This document shows, one piece after another, positions 28,828-39,243 of a stretch of 64,000 nt of DNA (within the stretch, counting starts at the first letter, position 1; each line of letters starts with the position of its first letter). The notes under the pieces were generated by a model. The model saw nothing but the letters and a program-made list of their open reading frames with translations, was not told where the DNA came from and ran no database searches. This stretch comes from a virus. The translations under genes were made by a program, and so were the position numbers. The stretch covers positions 32,001 to 96,000 of IMG/VR virus record IMGVR_UViG_3300037225_000932; one strand, written 5' to 3'.

Positions 28828-30705
28828 ATGGCAAAAAAATATACTACATTTTCTTCTATAATTAATAAAGCAAAAGATGAAATATCTTCTCAGTTTACAT
28901 CAAAACATAAAATACCAGATATTATAACTTTTTGTTATGATCCTGAATATTTAAATTTTTCCGGTCAAAATATAAAACTTAAACCATTTCAACAAATAAT
29001 GTTAAAAGTTATGTATAGAGGATCTGTTGGAAATGAAAATATAAAACTAACAGATGAAGAAATAGAATTATGTAAAAAAAACGGATTAGACTGTGTAGAT
29101 AATGGAAATGTTATTGGAAAATATAATTCCGGAGAAATTTTTAGAGAGTTAGTTTTAGTCTGGGGACGCAGGAGCGGTAAAGATTTTAAAATTTCTATTA
29201 TAGCGGCTTATGAGGCCATGAAACTTATAGAATGCGAAGGAGGAGACCCTTATGCTATTTATGGAATATCAAATGCTAACCCTATATCAATTTTAACGGT
29301 AGCTAACTCTAAAGATCAATCAGAAACAGCATTTAAAGAAATAAAACATAAAATATTAGATAGCAAATATTTTATGGACAAAATTGGACCAGATGGCATT
29401 GAAACACAAAGAATTTTTCTTCTTACTCCAAAAGATAGATTAGAAAATGAAAGATTTTTATCAAAAGGGTTTCCTTTAAAAAAAGGATCTATAGTTGTAG
29501 AAGTGGGTCATAGCAATTCAGACACATTACGCGGTAAACAGGTTTTCATTTTAATATTAGACGAAGTAGCAATGTATAAACAAACTGGAGGATCATCTTC
29601 TGGGGAACAAATATATACAGCATTATCTCCTACTCTTAACACTTTCAAAAAAAGAATTACTACTATAGATACAGATGGGAATATCATAAAAAATGAAAAT
29701 GGAGAAGATGTTTATACGATGGTTTATGATAGTAAAATAATAAGTATTTCTTCTCCACGAGGAGAAGAGGGCATTTTTTATAGGTTGTTTATTGAGGCCG
29801 ATAAGGTAAAAGAAAGATTAGCTTGCCGTCTTCCAACCTGGATAGTCGATCCAGACAACAGTGAAGAACGTTTAAGGGAAACAAATTCTCACTTAACAGA
29901 AGAACAATTTTTAATGGAGTTTGGAGCGGAATTCAGTGGAACTGGTGGAGAAAGTTTTTTCCCAAGACAAAAGGTAGAAGACTGTTTTACTCCAGGTTTT
30001 AATTTTAAAGAATGTGGAAAACCTGGTGAAATATATTTTGCTCATTTAGATCCAGCAACTTCCAGTCATAATTATGCTATAGTTATTCTTCATAAAAAAA
30101 TGTTTATGAACCAACAAACTAAACAAAACGATTTTTATATAGAAGTGGATCATATAAAATATTGGCACCCATTACCTGATAAACCTATTGATATAGACGT
30201 TGTAGATGATTATATTATGGGTCTAAAAAGAATGTTTTATTTAGGAATGGTTACTTATGATCAGTGGAATTCTGATAGAAGCATAAAAAGACTTAAACAA
30301 AATGGTATTCCAGCTAAAATGACAAGATTTACAAGAAGATATAAAATGATTATATATGATGAATTATATAATCTTATTATAGCTGGAAGATTAAAAATAC
30401 CAATTCATACTTTATTAAGAGGAGAGATGTTAAATATTCAAAGAAAATATATGCCTCCTGCTGGATATAAGGTTTATCCTAAAAGAGATGGAGACGTATA
30501 CACTGATGATATTCTGGATGCTCTGGCCGGAGCATGTTATAGTGCAATGCAGGTATCTTCTGTAAAATTGCCTTATGGTAAACTTATAAATACTGGCGTA
30601 ACTCCTACTTCAAATTCAAGAATGTGGCAAAGCATGAGTGGACCTATGGGTTTTGGCACTGGAGGACAGGTCGCTAACAGATTAGAAAAGAGAAACTTTA
30701 GATAA
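28828..30705 (+). CDS. terL: Terminase large subunit
   Basis: Walker A GRRSGKD, Walker B LILDE, ISSP, RNase H-like HLDPA...YDQW...DDILDA. Confidence 0.9.
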   Translation: MAKKYTTFSSIINKAKDEISSQFTSKHKIPDIITFCYDPEYLNFSGQNIKLKPFQQIMLKVMYRGSVGNENIKLTDEEIELCKKNGLDCVDNGNVIGKYNSGEIFRELVLVWGRRSGKDFKISIIAAYEAMKLIECEGGDPYAIYGISNANPISILTVANSKDQSETAFKEIKHKILDSKYFMDKIGPDGIETQRIFLLTPKDRLENERFLSKGFPLKKGSIVVEVGHSNSDTLRGKQVFILILDEVAMYKQTGGSSSGEQIYTALSPTLNTFKKRITTIDTDGNIIKNENGEDVYTMVYDSKIISISSPRGEEGIFYRLFIEADKVKERLACRLPTWIVDPDNSEERLRETNSHLTEEQFLMEFGAEFSGTGGESFFPRQKVEDCFTPGFNFKECGKPGEIYFAHLDPATSSHNYAIVILHKKMFMNQQTKQNDFYIEVDHIKYWHPLPDKPIDIDVVDDYIMGLKRMFYLGMVTYDQWNSDRSIKRLKQNGIPAKMTRFTRRYKMIIYDELYNLIIAGRLKIPIHTLLRGEMLNIQRKYMPPAGYKVYPKRDGDVYTDDILDALAGACYSAMQVSSVKLPYGKLINTGVTPTSNSRMWQSMSGPMGFGTGGQVANRLEKRNFR

Positions 30706-30771
30706 AATTAAAGGAAAATAGGAATAAAAAAAGTAGTAATAAATAAGTTAAAGTTTATATATCCATAAATA

Positions 30772-31593
30772 GTGGAGAAAAAAATGTTCAATTTAAAGAA
30801 ACACGCAGATAGTGTAATAAAATCAAGAGAAAAAGAACTTGATGATTTTGATAAAAAATACGATCATAAGACTCCCGATTATAAGGGTAATTACACTGAA
30901 TTATTAGAAGAAGTAAGGAAAAACAGTAAAGGAGATGCTATTACAGAAAAACAATTAGACAATAATAGAGTAGCTAAAACTAATGAGGTTGTTATAGAGA
31001 AATCTATGGACAAGGCAGATAAAGGAATAAACGGGATGAAACACAGGATCAAGACAGAAGATAGTCCTGGTCCTCTTATGGATTATTCAATAAAAGCAGA
31101 TAAAGAATACGAAAAAGAGTTTAAAAAAATTCAAGGATCTATAGATAGAGATACTGATTTTTGGGATAAATTTGTAGGAGAACAATTATTAGGTGAGCCT
31201 ACTAAAATAGTAGATAATTCACAATATAGTCAACTTTTATCTAATTATGAAAACAGAAAAGATTTTGCTGAGCATAAAAAGGAAGTTAAGAAAAAAGCAT
31301 CAGTTTTAAAAGATGCTGATGCTATGATATATTACATTTATAGAAATGCCGCTCAAGAAAAAAGAGAAATAAATAAAAATGAAGAGCAAATGATACAAGA
31401 TATTAGTAGTGGAAAAATTAGATTATTAGCAGAAACTAAAGAAGAACCAATAGAAAAAGAGGAAGCAAGAGAACAAATGACTATAAAAGCAGACGATTTA
31501 GAACAACAATTTGAAGAAGAACAAGAAATAAAAAGAGATGAAGAGCAAGAAAGGAAAAGAAAAATTAAAGAACAAGAAAAACTGGAATCATAA
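30772..31593 (+). CDS. Putative head-associated protein
   Basis: MFNLKKHA tag; ITEKQL motif shared with the protease/scaffold. Confidence 0.6.
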   Translation: MEKKMFNLKKHADSVIKSREKELDDFDKKYDHKTPDYKGNYTELLEEVRKNSKGDAITEKQLDNNRVAKTNEVVIEKSMDKADKGINGMKHRIKTEDSPGPLMDYSIKADKEYEKEFKKIQGSIDRDTDFWDKFVGEQLLGEPTKIVDNSQYSQLLSNYENRKDFAEHKKEVKKKASVLKDADAMIYYIYRNAAQEKREINKNEEQMIQDISSGKIRLLAETKEEPIEKEEAREQMTIKADDLEQQFEEEQEIKRDEEQERKRKIKEQEKLES

Positions 31594-32060
31594 TGGCTAA
31601 TTTTTATAAGAAAATGATAAAAGTTTCTTTTAGGGGTAACACTCCACGAATAAGTGACGAAGATGACGCCCTGACTGATCCGTATAAGTCTAAAAGCGTT
31701 AATAACGAGAGGGGCACATTTGAACTAAATACTCCAGGAGACCAATCTGCTACTGGATTCGGAACGGATTATTATACAGATCATAAACAGCCACCAAAGG
31801 GCATTTCAGAAATAGAAGATAGAGCACTAAGAGAACCTTATGGAACAGATTTTGATGGGAATGATCCAAACTTAAATGATAAATATCCACTTATGGAAGG
31901 AAGTTCTAACCTATTTGATGATGAAAGTCCTCTTAGTAGATCTGCTATAATTAGTAGAAAAGAAAATGGCATAGATAGAGATAACACTTCCGTTGGACCA
32001 CATAATCAGTCAAGTAAAACAGAAAATATTTTCGATAATATAAGAAGAAGAATTCATTAA
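31593..32060 (+). CDS. Hypothetical protein, head module
   Basis: NFYKK..KVS N-terminus. Confidence 0.6.
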   Translation: MANFYKKMIKVSFRGNTPRISDEDDALTDPYKSKSVNNERGTFELNTPGDQSATGFGTDYYTDHKQPPKGISEIEDRALREPYGTDFDGNDPNLNDKYPLMEGSSNLFDDESPLSRSAIISRKENGIDRDNTSVGPHNQSSKTENIFDNIRRRIH

Positions 32061-32087
32061 GAACTGATTATTCAAAAGGAGTGTAAT

Positions 32088-32768
32088 ATGCCAAAAGTTA
32101 GAGTGTCTAAAAATTTTTCTGGTGGCCTAGTTCTTCCTGTCATAAGTAATAGATCTATTGCTCCTAATAGTATACATGTTTTAAATGAAGAAGACTTTAA
32201 TCACTATACTGTTAAAATGGCTATTAAAATGGGATATTTAGTAGTAGAAGATGAAAAAAATCAGAGTAAAACAGATGTTATAAAAATTCAGAAGAAAGAA
32301 GAAACGGAAAAGATTCAAGATAAAGAAACTAATCCAAATTTTATAATAGACGTTGATGAATTAAACAAAAAGACCAATATGGTATCATGGGATGCTCAAC
32401 AAAAAGAACTTGTAGACAAAGAAAAAAGTATGAAATTAGTTATGGAACAAAATAATATTAAAGAGGCTAAGGGAGAAGAAGTAAAGAAAGAAGAAAAATC
32501 TCAAAAAATTAAAATAAAATCTTCTAAATCTACAAAAAAAACAAGTAAACCAGTCAAAAAGGGCAAATCTATAAGTCCAGTTGGTGAAGTTAAAGAAGAA
32601 ATAAAATCAGCACAAGTTGATGAGAGTATTTTATTAGACGGAAAAAATCTTCCTCCAGCAAAACCAGGTGATATCGTTTTAGAACCAACAGAAGATATTA
32701 GATTTGTTGATCAGCAGCAGGAGTCAGAAAGGATTTCGCAATTAGATTCTTTAAGAAATAAGCAGTGA
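32088..32768 (+). CDS. Hypothetical protein
   Basis: AAGGAG RBS. Confidence 0.65.
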   Translation: MPKVRVSKNFSGGLVLPVISNRSIAPNSIHVLNEEDFNHYTVKMAIKMGYLVVEDEKNQSKTDVIKIQKKEETEKIQDKETNPNFIIDVDELNKKTNMVSWDAQQKELVDKEKSMKLVMEQNNIKEAKGEEVKKEEKSQKIKIKSSKSTKKTSKPVKKGKSISPVGEVKEEIKSAQVDESILLDGKNLPPAKPGDIVLEPTEDIRFVDQQQESERISQLDSLRNKQ

Positions 32769-33349
32769 GATCCTTAAGGTTAAATATAAAATATAAAACA
32801 TTCACTATCACACAAGAGATAATAAATGATTTTAAACAGGATTGTTCTAAAAATAGAATACCTAAAAATTTTTTATTAAAATATAATATGAAAAAATTTT
32901 GTGAAGTAGGAGTATGGAGGGGATCTAATTCTGAAAAAATGATGGAAGCAAAACCAGACACATTAATCTGTGTTGATATCTGGAAAAATGAAAAATGTTA
33001 TTTACAGGCTAAAAATAAATTAGATAAATATAAAGAAATAAAATTGATAAAAAAATATTCAGTAGAAGCTTCTATGTCTTTTGTTGATAATTTTTTTGAT
33101 TATATCTATATTGACTCTGCTCACGATTATATATCTGTTAAAAATGATATAAATGCTTGGTGGCCTAAAATTAAAATAGGTGGCATATTTGGATTTCATG
33201 ATTATTGTCTTGGAGCAACCCGATATGATAAACTTGAATATGGGGTAATTAGAACGGTAAATGAGTTTGTAGAAAAGAATAATATATCAATTACACAAAT
33301 AAAAAAAGAAAAACATCCGTCATTTTTCATATTAAAAGATAAGATATAA
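32765..33349 (+). CDS. Class I SAM methyltransferase (Methyltransf_24-like)
   Basis: EVGVWRG, VDIW, DYIYIDSAHDY, GGIFGFHDY. Confidence 0.85.
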   Translation: MRSLRLNIKYKTFTITQEIINDFKQDCSKNRIPKNFLLKYNMKKFCEVGVWRGSNSEKMMEAKPDTLICVDIWKNEKCYLQAKNKLDKYKEIKLIKKYSVEASMSFVDNFFDYIYIDSAHDYISVKNDINAWWPKIKIGGIFGFHDYCLGATRYDKLEYGVIRTVNEFVEKNNISITQIKKEKHPSFFILKDKI

Positions 33350-33384
33350 AAGGATTTTACTAAATTTTTCAGTAAAAACAACCA

Positions 33385-33954
33385 ATGAAAGAAATATTTT
33401 CTAAAAAATATAACAAGAACAAAAAAAAGAAGTTTAAAAAATACTGGAGAACATTAGAACCTAAAAAATATGTTGATTTAATGGTTGCTGAATACAATGA
33501 AGCTTTAACTAAATTAGCCAGCAATAAACTTAAAGAAGTTGTATTGTCTGCTACTCTTAGGCAGACAGAGGATGGATTTGTTTATCTAGACATATCTAAT
33601 GATATTATTCATGGAGTTTTTTCTATGATAGATATAGAAAGCGTAGAAAAACCTCCATATTTTAGTAAAAAATATAATAACGTTGGAGCACATATTTCTG
33701 TCATTTCTGATAAAGAGATAAAAGATAATAATATTAAAAAAATAAAAGAGATAGGTAAAAATATAGAGTTTAAATTAGGTAAATTTTATTCAACAAGACC
33801 TGAAGGCTGGGACGAAATGAGTGAAGTTTTTTTTATTGAAATAGAGGCTCCAGAACTTAAAAAAATAAGAAATAGTTATGGTTTACCTTTAACGTATGAA
33901 AATAAAAAACAAGAATATCACTTGACAATCGCTGTTAAGAGAAAGAAAAAATGA
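33385..33954 (+). CDS. 2H phosphoesterase
   Basis: Two catalytic motifs, AHISV and YHLTI. Confidence 0.7.
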   Translation: MKEIFSKKYNKNKKKKFKKYWRTLEPKKYVDLMVAEYNEALTKLASNKLKEVVLSATLRQTEDGFVYLDISNDIIHGVFSMIDIESVEKPPYFSKKYNNVGAHISVISDKEIKDNNIKKIKEIGKNIEFKLGKFYSTRPEGWDEMSEVFFIEIEAPELKKIRNSYGLPLTYENKKQEYHLTIAVKRKKK

Positions 33955-34769
33955 TCAAAGATACATATGATATTTTATTAAAAGAATTAAATCATCACGG
34001 AGTTAAAATATGTGACAGATTTACTTGTGAATACATATATAATGGAAAAACAATAAAAACAGACATAAAAACTAAAATTAAATTATTAAAGAAACAATTT
34101 AATGATAATTTAGAAATATTTAAAGAACTAATGTTAAAAGTTTCAATAATTATAAATAATTGTGAAACAAATTTTGTAAAAGAAAGTCCTATAGACGAAA
34201 AGAATATAAAACTTTTTATAAGTTCTATAAAAGAAACATATAGTTTATTATGTTTTATAACAGAAAATTCTAATATATTATATAAATTTTCTCAAGAAAA
34301 TAATATTTTAGAAAAAATAAGAAAATGTTTAAATGAAGATTATTTAAAGTTCTCTAAAGAAACTATACTTGTTTTACCGGATATAAAAATCTCTTTAGAT
34401 TGGATTTTTAGAAGAAATAATAAATTAGCATATATTTCAAGTCTTTTAAATATTATCATAAAATATAACAAAAAAAGAATAAGTCAAATTATTATAAAAG
34501 AAGCAAAAGGGACAGGTGGACCTTGGAGCAATTTAGATTTACCTATGCTTGAAAGATGTTTTGCGTGGGATGATATTGAAGAAGAAGTAAGGGGAAGAGA
34601 TAAAGATTTAAGAAACCAAAGAAGATATAAAATGGGATTAGAAAATTATAACAAAGCAGAAGTTGGTGAGGGATATTATTGGCGGGAAATGAGAAATGAA
34701 CCTTATTCCTGGTATAACTCGGCTGAAGATAGTCCTTATCCTCACTTAAAACCGGGAACTTGGAGATAA
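33951..34769 (+). CDS. Hypothetical protein
   Basis: Coupled ORF; internal KEA motif at a composition boundary. Confidence 0.65.
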   Translation: MIKDTYDILLKELNHHGVKICDRFTCEYIYNGKTIKTDIKTKIKLLKKQFNDNLEIFKELMLKVSIIINNCETNFVKESPIDEKNIKLFISSIKETYSLLCFITENSNILYKFSQENNILEKIRKCLNEDYLKFSKETILVLPDIKISLDWIFRRNNKLAYISSLLNIIIKYNKKRISQIIIKEAKGTGGPWSNLDLPMLERCFAWDDIEEEVRGRDKDLRNQRRYKMGLENYNKAEVGEGYYWREMRNEPYSWYNSAEDSPYPHLKPGTWR

Positions 34770-34799
34770 ATTTATTTTGCGCGAAAAGGGAATAATAGT

Positions 34800-35441
34800 A
34801 TGAAAAAATTTTCACAAAATTCAATAGTAGACTTTTTAATAGAAAACTTTCCTCAATTTAAACAAAAAAAAGAAGAAAATGTCGTAAGTTCTCTATCTGC
34901 TAATAAGCTGTTTAATATGTGGAAAAGTGGAAATGAAAAAATAAGTAATAATATTTATAATAAACCAAAAAATATGTCAAATACTGATATTGAAATGCTA
35001 CAAAAAGAAGGTTTGGTTAGTTTGATTGGAGATAAAATACAAATAACATCAAAAGGATCACAAGTAATTAAAACTATGATTTTAGGAGATGATAGATCTT
35101 CTTTTGATGATGATGGAAATGTAATTGATTATAAGTTTGCTTCTGATTATACTCAAAAACCATCTAAACTTAAAAAACAAAGTAAAAAGAACTTTGATTT
35201 ATGGTGGAAAAGGTTTGCTAACATTAGTGAAGAAAAAATAAATTTTTCACAAATAGAAGAAAAAGCAAGAAAAATGACAGAATTAGAATTATATTATGCC
35301 ATAAGAGATCTAAGAGAAGTAATAAAAATTCAAGAAAAAGCAAGCATAGAAGGAACTATGGCTACTCCAAAACTTTCTTATTATTATGATGAACTTCATA
35401 TTTATGCCGGAGAAAAGGCTAGAAGGCAAAAGAAAATATAA
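34800..35441 (+). CDS. Hypothetical protein with a winged-helix-like segment
   Basis: LQKEGLV...IQITSKG pattern; MKKFSQ and WWKRFA tags. Confidence 0.55.
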   Translation: MKKFSQNSIVDFLIENFPQFKQKKEENVVSSLSANKLFNMWKSGNEKISNNIYNKPKNMSNTDIEMLQKEGLVSLIGDKIQITSKGSQVIKTMILGDDRSSFDDDGNVIDYKFASDYTQKPSKLKKQSKKNFDLWWKRFANISEEKINFSQIEEKARKMTELELYYAIRDLREVIKIQEKASIEGTMATPKLSYYYDELHIYAGEKARRQKKI

Positions 35442-35442
35442 T

Positions 35443-35943
35443 ATGGAAATAAAAATATATAAACCCATATCAAAATCAAAAGATATTCCTCTTAGAGATA
35501 TTTTTTGGTATGACCATTTCTATAAGAAAATGAATATATTTAATTGTCATTTTCTAAAATATAGTTATATTTTAGAAAAATACATAATTATAGACAATAA
35601 GAATTTGTCTCTAAAAGATGTAATAAATACAGTTCAAGAAACAAATAAATGCTCTAAAGGTCAAGCAGAAGATTTTGTTAAAAATAATTTTAATATTCAA
35701 GAAAAATATATGATGATAGCACAGCCTGAAATAATTAAAGATAAAAATGAGAAAATTTCACAAAGTATATCTAAATGGTATGACACTTATTCTAACTATA
35801 ATGATATTGTTTCTGAAATAGTAGATAAAGATGACATTTCTATAACTTTTGATGTTAAAGAAGATAATGTTAATGATTTTTGTTATGACTTAGAAAGAAA
35901 TAACATAAGATTTGAGACTATTGAAGATGGAGTAAAAATATGA
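35443..35943 (+). CDS. Hypothetical protein
   Basis: ATG 35443 directly after the upstream stop. Confidence 0.6.
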   Translation: MEIKIYKPISKSKDIPLRDIFWYDHFYKKMNIFNCHFLKYSYILEKYIIIDNKNLSLKDVINTVQETNKCSKGQAEDFVKNNFNIQEKYMMIAQPEIIKDKNEKISQSISKWYDTYSNYNDIVSEIVDKDDISITFDVKEDNVNDFCYDLERNNIRFETIEDGVKI

Positions 35944-36308
35944 TCAAAGTAGAAATAGCAGATAATCCTGAAAAATGGAAAGAAGGATTGATGTTCAGAA
36001 AAAGTTTAGAACACAATAATGGTATGTTATTCAAATTTGACAAACCTCAAGAGTTAAAGTTTTGGGGAGTAAATACATATATTCCATTAGATATAGCTTT
36101 TATCTCTCAAGATAATGTAATAAAGAAAATATCTAAAATAGTTCCAATGTCAACAAAATCAGTTAGCAGTGAAGAAAGATGTTTATATGCTATAGAGACA
36201 AATGTTAACTTCTTTAAAGAAAATAATATAGACATTGGAGATACTATAAATATAGAAAAAAATAAAGAAAATGAAAATATTGTTGTTTTCAATAAAAATA
36301 AAGGATAA
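35940..36308 (+). CDS. DUF192 family protein
   Basis: VEIAD, GLMFR, GMLF, FWG.NT.IPLDIAF, YAIE. Confidence 0.85.
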   Translation: MIKVEIADNPEKWKEGLMFRKSLEHNNGMLFKFDKPQELKFWGVNTYIPLDIAFISQDNVIKKISKIVPMSTKSVSSEERCLYAIETNVNFFKENNIDIGDTINIEKNKENENIVVFNKNKG

Positions 36309-36334
36309 TATTGCTTTTTGCGCAAAATAAATAG

Positions 36335-36877
36335 ATGAAAGTTTTTGCTACAAAAAAATACCAGAAGATATTATTAGCTCAAGAAACAGAAGAAGTTTTT
36401 AATAATATTCAAGATCCATTTGAAGAAAATGAAGAAGTAGAAAAAGAAGATAATACAAATATAAAAACTTTAACACCAGAAGATTTTAACGGTAAAGAAC
36501 AGGATGATATTGAAGAGGAAGTTAAACCTGTAGAGCCAATAGTTAAAACTAAAGAATATCCGATATTTCCTACGGTTTTTCAGGCTTTAAGATGGGCAAA
36601 ACATAATAATGAAGTTGTTAGAATAAACTATACAACTTTAAGCGGAAAAAGCATAATAAGAGATGTAGAAATAGTTGGAGATTTTTTTGCCAAAACTACT
36701 CATAGGAGAAATATAGCAGTTTGGGACCAAAATGTAAGAGACATTAGAACTTATATTTTAACAGGTATCTCTGGATATGAGTTTAAGGGAGAAAAATTTA
36801 CTCCTAAATTTAATTTTTCTCAAACAAGAAGAAACCTTAAAAGAAGGATGTTAAGACGAAAAAAGAGAAAACAATAG
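36335..36877 (+). CDS. WYL-domain-like protein
   Basis: VVRINYTTLSG...RDVE...VWD...DIRTY...I. Confidence 0.55.
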   Translation: MKVFATKKYQKILLAQETEEVFNNIQDPFEENEEVEKEDNTNIKTLTPEDFNGKEQDDIEEEVKPVEPIVKTKEYPIFPTVFQALRWAKHNNEVVRINYTTLSGKSIIRDVEIVGDFFAKTTHRRNIAVWDQNVRDIRTYILTGISGYEFKGEKFTPKFNFSQTRRNLKRRMLRRKKRKQ

Positions 36878-36898
36878 AAAGAAAAAAGGATTTAACGC

Positions 36899-38623
36899 AT
36901 GGAAATTATTAAAAGTTTAACTGATATGTCTGAAGAGCTAGACTCTGCTAAATTAAATAAAATAGCAGATAAGGTAGATATTATAGCTAAAAACATAGTT
37001 ATGATAAAAACCGCACAGTTTGTTGGAATTCAAGGTTTTGCTATAAGAAACTCAAGATGTTGGGGAAATTGTTATAGACAAAAAAGAACAAAAAACAAAA
37101 ATATGCCTGCTCAAAAAGTATGGGAAGAATGTCATAAAGAATATTTAGCATCAATTAACAATGACAATAGCGGCTGGGAAAAATATGCTAAAGGATCAAA
37201 TGGGTTAACAAAATTTTCTACTAAAATTAATGAGGAAAATAAGCATTTTGCTTATTTATTAAATAATAATATTAAAAAAGGCATTCCTATTGGGCAGTCT
37301 TTTGTTTTATCAACAGAAGATACTATAGAAAAATATTCTAAACAAATAATAAGTGAAGCAGAATGTCTTATAAAAATAGCTTGTGAATTAAAAAAAGAAA
37401 ATAATATAGAATTATCAAATAAATTGATAAATATTTCTAAAGAAGTAATTAAAGAGGCTCAATTCGGAGGCTGGTGGGATAAATTAAAAGGTGGAGTTAA
37501 AAACTCTCTTTTTGGAAAGAAAAAAGTTTGGCTTAAAAACTTAGAAGATATTGCTAATAAAGTATATGAAGATGGTAATGTTTATAGGCAAAACCCAAGA
37601 GATCCAAATGCTATAAGGCAATATAATCAATCGGCATTAAGGCTTCAGAGAGCAATAGGTTCAAATTTTAATAAAATGAATGAGATGTTTGCTAATGATC
37701 CTGGTTTTACTCCAATATCTTCAGCAATGAAAAATTTTGCCACACTTAAACCTGGAGATTCAAGAGTAAGACAATTAAATGAGCTTTTAGGGACTATAAG
37801 ACAATATCAGTCCAAACAAATACCTATTTCTTCACCCCCACCTGTGGCTGGTCCTCCCCAGCCAATGGCTAGTCCTCCATCACCCGCAACCTCTCCAGTT
37901 CCACAGACTGATGAGAATGCTTTGACTACAGAAGAAGAGGGAAGATTAGGACAGGAAGTTCCAGGGGCAGCGACCGCAGGTCCTACTGGATTGCCTCAAG
38001 GAAATACCCAATACACTCCAGAACAAAAAGAAATGATTAAAAGTAATAAAAAAGCTGTTTTCGAGGCAATAATGAATTGGGGCACAGCAAAATCTATATT
38101 ACTAGAACAACTAAGACAATTAGGATATGTTCCGTCTGCCACAACTGCATCAAATAAAAATAAAATAAAGAAGGCAGCGGTGGAGGCTCAAAGAATGCTT
38201 CCTATAATGGAACAAAATCCACAAGAGTTTGTTAAAGAGTTTCTTTCTGGTGTTAATATTGAAAAATTAGTAGAATATCTTAACACACAATCTGGATATA
38301 GATTAGCTTTATCTCCAGAAGCAAAGGCAAAAAAAGATAAACAAAGAGAAATAGATACTGAAACTGTCAATATTGTTGCCCCAGAGAACCTCGCAACACA
38401 AGTAGAAGAAGCCAAAAAAATAGTAAACACTTTAACTCTAGAAGAGAGTCAAAAGTTAGGACCTGAATTATTAGCTCTTCTTAATAAGGCAAATGAAATA
38501 AGAAAGCCTCAAGGAGAATATTATTCTGGTCCATCTACGGGACAAAACGTTCCAGGCCAAGGAGAGATAACTGGCTTACAAGGAAGAGTTGCTAAAGTGA
38601 AAAATTATTTTCAAATAAAATAA
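36899..38623 (+). CDS. Putative internal head polyprotein
   Basis: Multiple KTAQ, KEAQ and KKAA sites; Pro-rich linker. Confidence 0.55.
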   Translation: MEIIKSLTDMSEELDSAKLNKIADKVDIIAKNIVMIKTAQFVGIQGFAIRNSRCWGNCYRQKRTKNKNMPAQKVWEECHKEYLASINNDNSGWEKYAKGSNGLTKFSTKINEENKHFAYLLNNNIKKGIPIGQSFVLSTEDTIEKYSKQIISEAECLIKIACELKKENNIELSNKLINISKEVIKEAQFGGWWDKLKGGVKNSLFGKKKVWLKNLEDIANKVYEDGNVYRQNPRDPNAIRQYNQSALRLQRAIGSNFNKMNEMFANDPGFTPISSAMKNFATLKPGDSRVRQLNELLGTIRQYQSKQIPISSPPPVAGPPQPMASPPSPATSPVPQTDENALTTEEEGRLGQEVPGAATAGPTGLPQGNTQYTPEQKEMIKSNKKAVFEAIMNWGTAKSILLEQLRQLGYVPSATTASNKNKIKKAAVEAQRMLPIMEQNPQEFVKEFLSGVNIEKLVEYLNTQSGYRLALSPEAKAKKDKQREIDTETVNIVAPENLATQVEEAKKIVNTLTLEESQKLGPELLALLNKANEIRKPQGEYYSGPSTGQNVPGQGEITGLQGRVAKVKNYFQIK

Positions 38624-38691
38624 AAGGACTTTTTAATAAATATTAGAAAGAGAATAAATCCTAAAGATTCTTTAATAACAGGAGAAAAACA

Positions 38692-39210
38692 ATGACCGTT
38701 AAGTTAATGACAAGCCAAATTAAGTTAGGACACACTTCAGGATTAGAAGAAATAACTAGAAGGGTTTTAGGAGAGAGTAACGAACAACTCGTTAAGACTG
38801 CTTCTAAAGAAGAAGTTAAAATAGCAGATGCCGTAGAGAAGAAAGACCAAGGTAAACCTAGTGGACAGCCTCAATGGGAAGGTAAGAAAGAAAATGTAAA
38901 TTGCCCCGAAAAATGTGATGGAAAGAAACCAGCAGTAAAAAAAGAAGAAAAGAAAGAAACTAAAGTAGAAGAAAATAAAGATACTAAAAAAGAAGCAAAA
39001 GTAGAAGACAAGAAAGATAAAAAGGAAGAAGAGAAAAAAGATGACAAGAAAATGGAAACAAAAAAAGATGAAGAGAAAAAATGCGCTTCTAATTCTCGTA
39101 ATTTCGTAAAAATAGCAAAATTAAACGAAAAAACAAGATCAATGTTAAAAGCGTATTGGACTACATTATATCCTGCTGAATATGTAGAAGCAATGCTTGC
39201 TGAAAAATAA
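38692..39210 (+). CDS. Lys/Glu-rich putative head or scaffold-associated protein
   Basis: AGGAG RBS; KTAS and KIA motifs. Confidence 0.6.
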   Translation: MTVKLMTSQIKLGHTSGLEEITRRVLGESNEQLVKTASKEEVKIADAVEKKDQGKPSGQPQWEGKKENVNCPEKCDGKKPAVKKEEKKETKVEENKDTKKEAKVEDKKDKKEEEKKDDKKMETKKDEEKKCASNSRNFVKIAKLNEKTRSMLKAYWTTLYPAEYVEAMLAEK

Positions 39211-39243
39211 TTCTATTTAATTTTATTTTCAGGAGGAAATAAT

